From: an uncultured Gammaproteobacteria bacterium
GTDB lineage: Bacteria; Pseudomonadota; Gammaproteobacteria; DRLM01
DNA length: 64,000 bases
Assembly: GCA_963729605.1 (NCBI GenBank)
Contig: CAVSNY010000007.1
Span: forward strand, 800,001-864,000
Direction of reading: 5' to 3'
The notes beneath the pieces are model-generated. The model saw nothing but the letters and a program-made list of their open reading frames with translations, was not told where the DNA came from and did not search any database. The translations under genes were made by a program, and so were the position numbers. Shown piece after piece: positions 19,470 to 29,134 of the stretch. How positions within the stretch are numbered: position 1 is the stretch's first letter; each line of letters starts with the position of its first letter.

Positions 19470-19620
19470 GGAAGCTCTGAAAAATCCATCACTGGATTTT
19501 CAGAGACGAAAGCCAAAAAATGTGATTTTTGTTTTTCTTCATTTTCTCGAACGCGTACGGGTTCGAGTAAGGGCGGCGCATCCCTGTGCCGCAAGGAATC
19601 TCTGATAAATCACAGCTTCC
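19470..19620. mobile_element. Non-autonomous MITE, IS5-like ends
   Basis: 151 bp; left end GGAAGCTCTGAAAAAT, right end (reverse complement) GGAAGCTGTGATTTAT; TTAA directly on both sides; lies between convergent genes. Confidence 0.7.
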
Positions 19621-19625
19621 TTAAG

Positions 19626-20477
19626 CTACGCCTCGGCGACGATATAGGCGACCCAGCCTTCTTGATTCTCGGCTCGCAGCGTGTCGCGGTAAGTGCCGGT
19701 GCCCTCCCACTGTTCCTCGTCATCGTCGTCGCCCGGGCTTTTCTCGAACTCCTCCCAATAAACATGCACGCGCGAGAACCCCGCCTCCTGCAAGAGTTCG
19801 CGCAGTTCCGGCAAGGTCCATAGCCGCCATTCGTAGGTGAAGGCCTTGCGCAGCATCGAACCGTCGGAAAAACGAAAATGGATGTGGCAGAGGAAATCGT
19901 GGGTGATGGGATTGAACTTGGCCTGATCCCAGATGTAGATAAAATCCTGGTCTTCGATCTCGCGCTCTTCTTCCAGCACGCTCATGGTCTCGGTACCGCC
20001 CAGCAGGTCGAGTACGAACAGGCCGTCCTCCTTCAAACCGGCGCGCACCGTCTCGAAATAATGGCGCAACGCGCCGCGCTGTTTGAACACGCAGTAGCTG
20101 AAATTCATGGCGCAGGTGACGTCGGCCTTGACCGCCAACGGGTCGAGCACATTGGCGTGATGTAGAGCAATCCTATCGCTTACCGCGCGCCCCGCCGGCT
20201 TGAGATTGTGTCGCGTGCCCCAGGCCAAGGTGTCCTGGCAGAGATCGACGCCCACCGCCGTGCGTTTCGGATGCGACTTGACCCACTCCACGCAGAGCAG
20301 CGCCGTGCCGCAGAAATCCTCGCGCAACACGCGGGGTTTTTTGCCGCGCAATTCCTGATAGCGGTCCACGAAAAACTCCACCTCGAAGTCCGCCGCCTGC
20401 ACCGAGTGCTGATAAAGCACATGACGGTCGGCGCGCTGAGCCAGGGTGGCGCCGCGTTTTTTGGGATGTTTTGCCAT
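19626..20477 (-). CDS. Class I SAM-dependent methyltransferase
   Basis: LREDFCGTA motif I variant, GVDL, AMNFSY, GLFVLD, AFTYEWRLWTLPE. Confidence 0.88.
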   Translation of the reverse strand: MAKHPKKRGATLAQRADRHVLYQHSVQAADFEVEFFVDRYQELRGKKPRVLREDFCGTALLCVEWVKSHPKRTAVGVDLCQDTLAWGTRHNLKPAGRAVSDRIALHHANVLDPLAVKADVTCAMNFSYCVFKQRGALRHYFETVRAGLKEDGLFVLDLLGGTETMSVLEEEREIEDQDFIYIWDQAKFNPITHDFLCHIHFRFSDGSMLRKAFTYEWRLWTLPELRELLQEAGFSRVHVYWEEFEKSPGDDDDEEQWEGTGTYRDTLRAENQEGWVAYIVAEA

Positions 20478-20752
20478 GGTGATTGCGCTATGTTGTCGAA
20501 GGTCCGCCATTGTATCGGCGCCGGCGCGGCGCGTCCACGCGGCCGCCGCGCGTTGGGCTGGACCGCCGCCATGGTGCGGCGCCTCTTGCCCGCGGGGTGT
20601 CGGCCTTGTAAAAAGAGGGAGGATGCGGACGCGGAAATTTGCCCTGGAAATTCCCCGTGGGTTGTCGTGGGCGCCGGGCGAGGATTATTACGCGCGCATC
20701 GCGCTGCGCGTGCAATCGTACCATTTGATCGGGCAAGCTTGAGGGCGGAAAA

Positions 20753-21409
20753 ATGAATCGGGATTTTTGGCAGGCACGCTGGGACGAAGGCCGCATCGGC
20801 TTTCATCAAGATGAAATCAATCCTTATCTCGAACGCTATTGGCGGGACGTGAACGTCGCGGCGGGCGGTCGGGTGTGGGTGCCCTTGTGCGGCAAAAGTA
20901 AGGACATGTTATGGCTGCGCCGCCAGGGTCACCCGGTGCTGGGCGTCGAGATCGTTCCTCGCGCCGTGGAGGCCTTTTTCGCGGAGAATGATTTGATCGC
21001 CGAGACCCGCCAACAGGGCGCTTTTACGGTATGGGAAAGCGAGGGCTTCACCCTTTATTGCGGCGACGTTTTTCAACTGACGGCGGCGGACGTGGCCGAC
21101 GTCGCCGGCGTCTACGACCGCGCCTCGCTGATCGCCTTGCCCCCCGCGCTGCGCGAGCGGTATGCCGCCCACCTGCGCGCGATCCTGCCGGCCGCCGCGA
21201 ACATTTTATTGGTGACCATGGATTATCCGCAGGCCGAGATGCAGGGCCCGCCCTACGCCGTGACCGAGCAAGAGGTCGCGGCACTGTACCAAAAATATTT
21301 CGACATTGAACAAGTGCGCGCCGAGGATATCCTGGCGGCCGAACCGCGCTTCCAAGAACAGGGGCTGACGCGTTTGCAGGAGAAGGTGTACGTGCTGAGG
21401 GCGCGTTGA
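20753..21409 (+). CDS. tpm: Thiopurine S-methyltransferase
   Basis: FWQARW..G.IGFH, VPLCGKSKDM, YDRASLIALP, GPPY. Confidence 0.95.
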   Translation: MNRDFWQARWDEGRIGFHQDEINPYLERYWRDVNVAAGGRVWVPLCGKSKDMLWLRRQGHPVLGVEIVPRAVEAFFAENDLIAETRQQGAFTVWESEGFTLYCGDVFQLTAADVADVAGVYDRASLIALPPALRERYAAHLRAILPAAANILLVTMDYPQAEMQGPPYAVTEQEVAALYQKYFDIEQVRAEDILAAEPRFQEQGLTRLQEKVYVLRAR

Positions 21410-21737
21410 CACCTCGGCGGTGCGCGTCCGGCTATGCGCGGCCCCGCCGTTTGCTTTGCTGATTTGCGGTGGTCGCGCACAGCCAAATAGCTTGTTGCAC
21501 ACCGTTTGCGTGAGTCCGCAAGGATGCTGTCTTTGATGTCGTCTTCCGGGCCGATCGTCGTCATCTTCAGGACGAACGCTAATTGCTTTTTGCGCGGCGA
21601 GGTCACTCGCGGGCGCCGCGATGTGTGGCCCGGCGTGCGTTGAGCCGGCAGGTGGCGCCTATTCGCGGTCGCCGGGCTCGGCTGAGTGGTGTGACGAAGA
21701 CCAAGGGCATGATGCAGGCGCCGGCGATGCCGGGCGA

Positions 21738-22115
21738 TCACGCCTCGTGGGTGCGTGCGCCGCCCAGCCGGAGGGCCGCGATGGCCAGGGCTAGGCATAG
21801 GCCCGCGGCGGTCCAGAGCACACCGCCGAGGTGTATCGTCGCGAGCCAACCGAAACCCGCGCATGCCATCGTTAAAAGAATCGCACTGAGCCAGGGATAA
21901 ACACGCGACAGCGCAACGCCGCCGCCGGTGATCACCGCGAGCAATAACTCGAGTGAGGCCGCGCCTTGCAGCAGCGCATCTTTGTTGGCACGCGCCTCGA
22001 GGTAGAGGGCATAGCCGTGCCAAACCATGAAGATCACGGTGGCGACGCCTGCGAGCGCCAGCCAGCGTCGCGCGTGCGGCATCCATCGGCCGGTATCGGC
22101 TGCCGTCTTGTTCAT
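21738..22115 (-). CDS. Hypothetical membrane protein (about 4 TM)
   Basis: ATG 22115 overlaps upstream stop (ATGA); hydrophobic segments; last gene of the operon. Confidence 0.6.
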   Translation of the reverse strand: MNKTAADTGRWMPHARRWLALAGVATVIFMVWHGYALYLEARANKDALLQGAASLELLLAVITGGGVALSRVYPWLSAILLTMACAGFGWLATIHLGGVLWTAAGLCLALAIAALRLGGARTHEA

Positions 22116-22426
22116 GGCCAACGCCACGCGAGTGCGCCCAACAAGCCGAGCAGCGGCCCGAACACCCTGGTAGCGCGCACCCAGTTCTTGGAATACCCGC
22201 CGAGCAGCGTGCACGCGGCGCCGCACAACATCAGCAGGCCCAGGCCGATGCCCGCGCTCAGCAATAAACCCAATGCGGCCCATAACAGCCCGAAGCCTGC
22301 CGCGAGGCAGCATAGGCCGAGCGCGCGGCGCAGTCTGACGGAAGGCAGCAGTGTGCCCGGTTCATAAAACCAGGCGATGCCCGCGCTCAGCCAGCCGCCG
22401 CTCGCAATCAGCAGCCAGCCGGTCAT
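22112..22426 (-). CDS. Small membrane protein, DUF3325-like (PepSY operon companion)
   Basis: 104 aa, hydrophobic; ATGA overlaps at both ends; position after the PepSY-TM gene. Confidence 0.6.
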   Translation of the reverse strand: MTGWLLIASGGWLSAGIAWFYEPGTLLPSVRLRRALGLCCLAAGFGLLWAALGLLLSAGIGLGLLMLCGAACTLLGGYSKNWVRATRVFGPLLGLLGALAWRWP

Positions 22427-23907
22427 GCGTTCGACTCCTGTAATGAGGCTGCATGCGGCGACCCGCGGCGTCGCCGCCACGCCAGCGCGATCAGCGCCGC
22501 GCCGCCGGCATAGCCGGCTTCGACGCCGGTGAAGACGCCGTTGAATGCAACACCGGCGATGACGGTGGCGGCGCAGATCAAGGCCGCGACGCCGAGGCCT
22601 AGCCGCAAGGCCGTGCGCGGCGAGGTCACGGCCAGCGCCGCGGCGCCGAGCCCCCACACGACGAGGAAACAGGTGAACAGCGCATCGGCCGGTTCCCGTT
22701 CGACGCCCGCCAGCGGCGGCCATTGCACGTGAAGCAAGGCCGCGAGCGGCAGCGCGAGCATGGCGAGGGCACCGCCGCCGCCGAGCCCGGCGACCATGCG
22801 CGCGGGCCAGCCGGCGGGCGCGCCGAACAGTCCGGCGTGGCGCGTGCGCCGCTCCGCCCACAGCGACAATCCCGACAGCATCAACGCTGCGGCCGCCAAC
22901 CCAAGCAACGCATAAATCGCTTTGAGGAGTGATCCGCCCCAATCGCCGAAGTGCAGCGGCATCATCATGTCGTGCAGGCGACCGGCGGCATCGTACTCGC
23001 GCGGATCGAGTGTCGCGAGCAGCGCACCGTTCGCAAAATCGAAATCGGCGCCGGCGCGATGGCGCTGCACGAGTTCCCCCGGCAGATCGCCGCGCACCTG
23101 CACGACGACCGGCTGTTTCTTGGGGCGGTGCAAGTCGATGAACACGGGCTGCAAGCCCGGCACCGTGGCTTGCGCTCGCGCGAGCAGCGCATTCAGCGTG
23201 GTGGCGCCGCCGTTGGCGGCCGACGGCGCGTGTGTCTGCTCGGCGACCGCAACGCCGCGCTGGTGTTGAACGAATTCATAAGCGGGAATGATGAGTCCAT
23301 AAAGCCCCAGCCAGACGCCCGTCAGTGCGATGACGAGGTAAAAAGGCAGACCCCACACCGCGAGCGTCTTGTGCGCATCGGACAGCGCGAGCCGCACGCT
23401 GCGGAACCAGCGCTGCGTGAACATTTCGCGCAGAATTTTTTTGTAGAACAGGATACCGCTCAGCAGCGACGCGAGCATCGCGAAGCCCGCGACGCCGATC
23501 AGCCAGCGGCCTTCGTGCCCCATGAACAAACGGGTATGCAGGTTGACGAAGAAATCCGCCAGCAGGCTGTTGCCGGCGCTGACCGTGCGGCCGCAGCGGT
23601 CTATCGCAAGACGCGAGCCGTCCTGCAAGCGGAACAGGTAATGGCCGTGCTCATGTTCGGGCAGCGTGATGCGCCGCAAGGCCTTCACGTCCGCCATTTG
23701 GCTGAACCGCGCGAACACGGCGTCCGCGTCCAGATCACAGCGCTCCGTCTGTGCCTGGACGCGGACCTCCGACCACCGGTTGAGCTCATCCTTGTACACC
23801 GCGAGCGCGCCGCTGACACACAGCAGGAACAGCAGCAGTCCCAATGCGATCCCGCACCAGGTGTGCAATTGATAATGCCGCCGCACGGTGTGTCCTTCCA
23901 TGGCCAT
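22423..23907 (-). CDS. PepSY-associated TM helix protein (FoxB/PiuB-like)
   Basis: Four conserved His motifs: LHTWCG, NLHTRL, DAHK, PLHFGDWGG; SG..LW. Confidence 0.9.
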   Translation of the reverse strand: MAMEGHTVRRHYQLHTWCGIALGLLLFLLCVSGALAVYKDELNRWSEVRVQAQTERCDLDADAVFARFSQMADVKALRRITLPEHEHGHYLFRLQDGSRLAIDRCGRTVSAGNSLLADFFVNLHTRLFMGHEGRWLIGVAGFAMLASLLSGILFYKKILREMFTQRWFRSVRLALSDAHKTLAVWGLPFYLVIALTGVWLGLYGLIIPAYEFVQHQRGVAVAEQTHAPSAANGGATTLNALLARAQATVPGLQPVFIDLHRPKKQPVVVQVRGDLPGELVQRHRAGADFDFANGALLATLDPREYDAAGRLHDMMMPLHFGDWGGSLLKAIYALLGLAAAALMLSGLSLWAERRTRHAGLFGAPAGWPARMVAGLGGGGALAMLALPLAALLHVQWPPLAGVEREPADALFTCFLVVWGLGAAALAVTSPRTALRLGLGVAALICAATVIAGVAFNGVFTGVEAGYAGGAALIALAWRRRRGSPHAASLQESNA

Positions 23908-23921
23908 GATGCAAGGTCGGC

Positions 23922-25115
23922 TTAATCCGCCGCCGCGACTTTATTGGCGGGGATGGCCTCCGCCTGCGCGAGCGCGCGGTTCAGTAGCTCGACGGCCTTG
24001 TCCTGATTCTTCATGTCCAGGTGTTCGGAGGCGAGCTTGCGCAGCACGATGGCTTGCAGATAAGGGTCCTTGATCTCATTCGCCAATGCCGTGGTCTTCG
24101 CGACGAGAGCCTGCGCGTCATCCTGCCGCTTCATGCGGTACATGTTTTTGGCGATGCGGATATAGCCTTCGGCGCGGTGATAGGGGTCGGCGATGGCGTC
24201 CGCCGCCGCGATGCCCTGCTCGAAGCGATGGCTCTGGCCGAAATTGCGCGCGATCTCGCTCTGCACCGCATAGGCCTCTTCGCCGGCCGGCAGTCTTTGG
24301 GCGATCTTGACGCCGCGTTCCAAGGCCTGCGCGGCGCGCTCGCGTTCACCTTTTTCCGCCTGTTCCCCACCGAGCATCGCGAGTGCCTTGGCCTGTTGCA
24401 GTGGATTGTCGATGCGATCGACGAGCTGTGCGACTTCATCGAACACGGCGAGCGCCTTGTCGCGATGGCCGACATCCATCAGATGGGCGCCGGCCTCGTT
24501 GAACATGATGGCGCGCTCATAAGGATCGCTGAGGCTTTGCGCGATGCCGTAGGCCTCGTAGACCAGTGGCACCCCTTCGGCGCGCTCGAGGTAGCGGTAG
24601 CCCGCGCCCGTGCCCGACAGCAGCTCCGAGCGCAGCACCAGGTCTTCGACGCGGTGAGAGCGCTCCGCACTCTGCACGAGCAGCTTGCGTGTTAGTTCCG
24701 GCTGTTTGGCCTTGGCGGTCTTGCTCGCGAGCTTCCACGCGGTCTTCACCCATATCTCGGTATCTTCGATGGTGTCGAGCAGCGCGATGGCGCGTTCGAA
24801 ATCACCCGTGGAGGCGATCTCGTTGGCGGTGTGGCCGATGACGTATTCACGCACGTATTTGTCCTTGATGCCGTTCGCAGCCTCCTTCGACCGCTTGAGT
24901 AGCTGCCGGCTCTTCTCTTCCTGCCCCACGCTTTGGTAAAGATTGGCGAGCTGGGCTAACAGCGAGGCCTCTTGGTAAGAGCGGCCGGTGCCGGCGGGGT
25001 CGGCGGCGAGCTGGGTCTCGAGCCTCACGTCTTCATGCGCGAGCAGCGCGGTCGGTTGCAGCAGGCCCAGTGCGCCCGCGATACCGAGCGCCAGCAATAA
25101 GGGTTTTTTCTTCAT
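23922..25115 (-). CDS. Exported TPR-like helical-repeat protein
   Basis: Signal peptide ending ALLA-HED; repeated ~33-40 aa units (DPY..A); AAAGGAG RBS. Confidence 0.85.
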   Translation of the reverse strand: MKKKPLLLALGIAGALGLLQPTALLAHEDVRLETQLAADPAGTGRSYQEASLLAQLANLYQSVGQEEKSRQLLKRSKEAANGIKDKYVREYVIGHTANEIASTGDFERAIALLDTIEDTEIWVKTAWKLASKTAKAKQPELTRKLLVQSAERSHRVEDLVLRSELLSGTGAGYRYLERAEGVPLVYEAYGIAQSLSDPYERAIMFNEAGAHLMDVGHRDKALAVFDEVAQLVDRIDNPLQQAKALAMLGGEQAEKGERERAAQALERGVKIAQRLPAGEEAYAVQSEIARNFGQSHRFEQGIAAADAIADPYHRAEGYIRIAKNMYRMKRQDDAQALVAKTTALANEIKDPYLQAIVLRKLASEHLDMKNQDKAVELLNRALAQAEAIPANKVAAAD

Positions 25116-25169
25116 CGTCGGATTCTCCTTTGGTTAAAAATGCATGTCTCTATTGGCCCGCCGGGGCCG

Positions 25170-27644
25170 CTAGAGCTTCCCTTCCAGCGTCAGGAAGAAC
25201 GAGCGCGCCGAGCCCTCATCCTCCTGTTCGAAAAACACCAGGTTGCCCGCCGCGTCGTAGGTGTGGCGCGGCCGGTTTTTCTCGATCTCGAGCAGATTGA
25301 CCGCGCTCAGGCGCAGGTTGAGCCGTTTGTTCACGCGATGCGCGAGATAGAGATCGAGATAATGCGAGGGCTCCTGACTCTGCACGCGGCGGTTGGCGCC
25401 GACGATGTCGTGCTTCTGCATGGGGCCGACGCGGTTGTAGTTGACGCCAATGTTGCTGCGCCAGGGCTGGTGTTCGTAATCGAAGCCGAGATTGAGGATG
25501 TACGACGGCTGCTCGTTGATGCGGCGTTTCTCGCCCGTGACGCGGTCGCGCGTCGACGAGGCCAGCCACGAGTAGTTGCCGCGCAGCGTGAGGCCGCGGA
25601 GCCCGGCGTCGTCGAGCTTGCGCGAGCCGTCGAGCTCGGCGCCCCACAGCTCGCCGCTGTCGATGTTGACCGGATGCTGTTCCCAGCGGTCGTTGCCGGC
25701 GTTGAACCGGGTCTCCTTCTCGACCAGATCGGTGAGATGGCGATAGAACAGATTCAATGAGGCGACGCCGCGTTTCTCCGCGAAAAACCGCTCCACACTG
25801 GTCTCGATTCCCAGCGCGGTTTCCGGTTTCAGTTCTGGATTCCCGACCTTGTCGGGGTCGTCCTCGGTGCCGCTCTTGATCTCGGAGAACGGCACGAGGT
25901 CGTCGTATTTGGGTCGGCGAATGCTGCGCGTCACGCTCGCGCGCAGATTGGTGGTATCGGTGAGATTGTGCAGGCCGTGCAGCGAAGGTCCGACATGCAG
26001 GTGATCGGCGAGGTCGCGCTCGACGCCGTCATAGTTGCTGTGGCCCTGCACGTATTCGAGCCGCAGCCCCGGCGTGATCACCGTCTTCGGACTGTAGATA
26101 TATTCGTCCTGGATGTAGACGGCGTATTTGTGTTCGCGCACCTCGGCCCGCCGCTCACTGAGGTCACTTTCGTCGAGCCGCTTCCAAGTGCGCTTGGTCT
26201 GATCCCAGTCCGACAGTGTCCACTCGACGCCGCTTTCGAGCGAGTGTTTGCCGCCGATCACCCAGAGGCCCGATCCGCGCGTGCTGATGCCGTGTTCGTA
26301 GGTGCGGTCGAGCGCGCCCGCGGCGAAACTCAGGTCCTGCACCGCGTCGCCGCGCCTGCCCTTGTAGTCTTGCTGGTCCTTGCGCTCGTCCTTGTATTGA
26401 ATCTCGGTGCCGAGCTTGTAACGCGTGTCGGCGTCGGGGCGGTGTTGCCATTCGAGATCGGCCCCCGCGTACTGGCGCACCTTGACCGCGTTCATGAACT
26501 CCTGGTCGCCGAGATTGGCCTTTTTGTGGCGGTTGCGATCCTTGTCCTCTTCGGAATAGAACAGCTTGGGGTCGACGCGGAAGGTGTTGCGGGAGGAGGG
26601 CGTCCATTTGAGGCGCGAGCCCAGTGAATATTCCACGTGTTCGCGCACCTCGAAATCCTGTTCGCGGTTTTTGAGGGTGCCGAGATCGGCGCCATCATAG
26701 TCGCGCCGGTCTTTGGTGCGGACGCCAAAGCGATTCTGCAGGCTGCCGTTCACGGTATAGCCGAAGCGTGGCCCGCTCTCGCCGTAGGAAAAGGCCGCAT
26801 TGCCCATCTTGCCGTCGCCCGGCGCCTCCGGCATGACCCCCGCGCCGAGCTTCCAGGTGACGGTGCGCTCGGTGGGTATTTTTTTCAGCACGATGTTCAC
26901 GGCGCCGGCGATGCCTTGGGCGTCCATGTCCGCGGTCGGCGTGCGGATGATCTCGATGCGCTCGACCTGGCTCGCGGGGAGCTGGTCGATGGCGAACTCG
27001 CGGCCGGTGACGGGACGGCCGTCGAGCAGGATCTGGGTATAGTCCTTGTGCAGGCCGCGGAGGCGGGCGTCGTTGTTCTCGCCGGGCGGTCCGCCGAAAC
27101 TCACGCTCGGCATGCGCCGTATCACCTCGCCCATGCTGACATCGCCGAACTTCTCGATCTCGCCGGAGCCGATGATGATCTTCGCCGCGGAGAGGCTCTG
27201 GCGCTCGTCCATTTCATCGAAGGTACTGCGTACCATGATCTCCGGCATGACCAAGGCCGGATCGGTGGCGCGCGCCTCGATGGCGATGGTGCCGTTCGCC
27301 GTCACGCGGTAACTCAGGTCGGTGCCGATCAGGAGCAGGCGCAGCGCCTGTTCGACACTGTAGTTGCCGCTGAGGCCCTGGGTATGCCGGTCGCGCACGC
27401 TCGCGAGATCGAAACTGATCGCGAGGCCCATTTCCTGTTTGAGCCGCAACAGGGCGGCCGCCAGCTCACCGGGCGGGATGTCGAAGCTTTTGGTCTCCGA
27501 CGAAAACTGGAGCTGGCTGGCGCCGCTGTCGCGCTGCGCGAGCCGCAAATCCTCGGCGAACGCCGCCGACCACGGTAGACACGAAATGAAGACGAATGCA
27601 CTGGCGGCCGAAGAGCTCCGCGGCCTGAATACTCCCTTGGTCAT
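25170..27644 (-). CDS. TonB-dependent receptor with N-terminal STN signalling domain
   Basis: FDIPPG.L..AL...GLSGNYSVEQAL..LL.GT STN domain; plug RLRGL, ERIEIIR, AGAVNIV; GNPELKPE; barrel C-terminus. Confidence 0.93.
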   Translation of the reverse strand: MTKGVFRPRSSSAASAFVFISCLPWSAAFAEDLRLAQRDSGASQLQFSSETKSFDIPPGELAAALLRLKQEMGLAISFDLASVRDRHTQGLSGNYSVEQALRLLLIGTDLSYRVTANGTIAIEARATDPALVMPEIMVRSTFDEMDERQSLSAAKIIIGSGEIEKFGDVSMGEVIRRMPSVSFGGPPGENNDARLRGLHKDYTQILLDGRPVTGREFAIDQLPASQVERIEIIRTPTADMDAQGIAGAVNIVLKKIPTERTVTWKLGAGVMPEAPGDGKMGNAAFSYGESGPRFGYTVNGSLQNRFGVRTKDRRDYDGADLGTLKNREQDFEVREHVEYSLGSRLKWTPSSRNTFRVDPKLFYSEEDKDRNRHKKANLGDQEFMNAVKVRQYAGADLEWQHRPDADTRYKLGTEIQYKDERKDQQDYKGRRGDAVQDLSFAAGALDRTYEHGISTRGSGLWVIGGKHSLESGVEWTLSDWDQTKRTWKRLDESDLSERRAEVREHKYAVYIQDEYIYSPKTVITPGLRLEYVQGHSNYDGVERDLADHLHVGPSLHGLHNLTDTTNLRASVTRSIRRPKYDDLVPFSEIKSGTEDDPDKVGNPELKPETALGIETSVERFFAEKRGVASLNLFYRHLTDLVEKETRFNAGNDRWEQHPVNIDSGELWGAELDGSRKLDDAGLRGLTLRGNYSWLASSTRDRVTGEKRRINEQPSYILNLGFDYEHQPWRSNIGVNYNRVGPMQKHDIVGANRRVQSQEPSHYLDLYLAHRVNKRLNLRLSAVNLLEIEKNRPRHTYDAAGNLVFFEQEDEGSARSFFLTLEGKL

Positions 27645-27668
27645 GCTGTCCCCCCGGAAACTATTGTT

Positions 27669-27715
27669 GTTAACGATTCTCATTATCATTATTTACTAAC
27701 TGAGAATTATTATCA
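27669..27715. promoter_or_regulatory. Tandem Fur boxes
   Basis: Minus GATAATGAGAATCGTTAAC (27669-27687, 16/19 to GATAATGATAATCATTATC) and TGAGAATTATTATCA (27701-27715, one mismatch to the 7-1-7 core). Confidence 0.88.
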
Positions 27716-28009
27716 ATAGGCGGGGACGAATTTGGTGTAAATAACCGCCGTTGGCTGTCATGGTCGGGAAGGGACGCTGACAGGAGCGGAGGGCACGTGG
27801 ATCGGATGGAGGGAATGACCCGGAGGCGAGGCATCGACCGCGGGCGGCCGCGCGGCTGCCATCCCACTCGTAGAGGTCAGATGCCGCTGGATTTCATGAC
27901 CGCGTCCGGCCGGCGCCTGGAGTCGCGGTCTACTCGGGTCTCGCGGAGGTGGTTACGGCGCGCCTCGACGGCGGATCGGCTGCGAGGCGGCTAGGCCCGT
28001 CACCTTTGC

Positions 28010-28780
28010 TTATCGGCCATATTGACGTTGGATCTCGCGCAGCCGCGGCACGGCGAGCCCCGCCGCGTCGGCATGAGCCAGCGCGCGTTGCAGCCGCGCC
28101 GGCGCCGTGCGGCCCATGCACTTGTGTTCGGGGTCGGCGGCGAAGGCCTCGAGCATGCCGTCGATCAGCCGGGCGCGCGGCAGCTCGCGGCCGGTGAGCC
28201 ACGCCTGTATGTCCATGACGTCGTCGGCGAGCGCGCGGGCGAGGGTCTCGTGGTTGCGCCACAACTCGCTCACGGTGCCGCCGGTGACGAGACCGGCGAT
28301 GTTGATGGTGAGGATGTAGACGTTCTTGCGCACGAGTTCGTATAGCAGCTCGTCGTCGCTCGCGAGCGTGCGGGCCGGAATGCCGACCGCCGTCAACGCG
28401 TCGCTGATGGTCGCGGCATGCGGACCGGCGGCCGGCGACGGCAGCAGCACCTTGCTGTCCATGCCCTTTTTCTTTTCGAACCACACGGCGATCACGGTGG
28501 GATCGGCGATGTCGTGGGCTTGCCAGTCGCGCGGCAGCAGTTCGTTTTGCAGCAAACAGAGACGGTCGCGCCACGCCGGCGGGATCGCGGCGAGCGTCGC
28601 GTGCAAATCGTCTTCGGCGACCGCGACCAACACAAGCCGTGGTGCAGGCATCTGCGCGGCGGCGCGCGTCATGTCCATGCCGCGGGTGATGGGGTAGACC
28701 GGATGGCCGCCGCGGAGGAAACCGCGGGCGAATACGTTGCCCAGTTCGCCCAAGCCGATGATGACGACCGGTTGTTGCAT
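28010..28780 (-). CDS. Conserved hypothetical Rossmann-fold protein (ketopantoate-reductase-like)
   Basis: VIIGLGELG nucleotide-binding motif, LLQNELLP, ELVRKNVYILTINIAG; AGAG RBS. Confidence 0.75.
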   Translation of the reverse strand: MQQPVVIIGLGELGNVFARGFLRGGHPVYPITRGMDMTRAAAQMPAPRLVLVAVAEDDLHATLAAIPPAWRDRLCLLQNELLPRDWQAHDIADPTVIAVWFEKKKGMDSKVLLPSPAAGPHAATISDALTAVGIPARTLASDDELLYELVRKNVYILTINIAGLVTGGTVSELWRNHETLARALADDVMDIQAWLTGRELPRARLIDGMLEAFAADPEHKCMGRTAPARLQRALAHADAAGLAVPRLREIQRQYGR

Positions 28781-28943
28781 GATGACTCCTTAAGTTTAAA
28801 TTTGTCGTGTTGCCGCGCGCAGTGAGTGCTTTACGCAGGCGCGAATTTAAACACGCGGATTAGTTGTTACGCGATGGTGAAATAATCTGTTTGGAAACCG
28901 GTTCAAAATTTAAATACATCCCAAGCGGAACTGATGCGTCATT

Positions 28944-29067
28944 CTCCCTCTCCCGCGGGCGGGAGAGGGTAGGGGTGAGGGCGCGGCGATGATGCCCATC
29001 ACTACCTGAGAGTGTCTTTCTTCTCTCTTCCCTCGTCATGGCCCTTTCCTGCTGGCGGGAGAGGGGA
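28944..29067. repeat. Inverted pair of CCCTCTCCC/GGGAGAGGG REP-like elements
   Basis: CTCCCTCTCCCGCGGGCGGGAGAGGGTAGGGGTGAGGG (28944-28981) and a degenerate inverted copy (29030-29067). Confidence 0.7.
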
Positions 29068-29134
29068 CGCGTTTCCTTCCCGCGAAAGCGCAACCGGTTT
29101 TCAGGGCGTAGTGGATACGCGCAACGCGGCGCGT

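Noticed and set aside
21410-21737. Possible gene fragment (KKQLAFVLKMTTIGPEDDIKD) in the tpm-operon gap
   Set aside because: No recognisable motif, start or RBS; cannot be supported without a search
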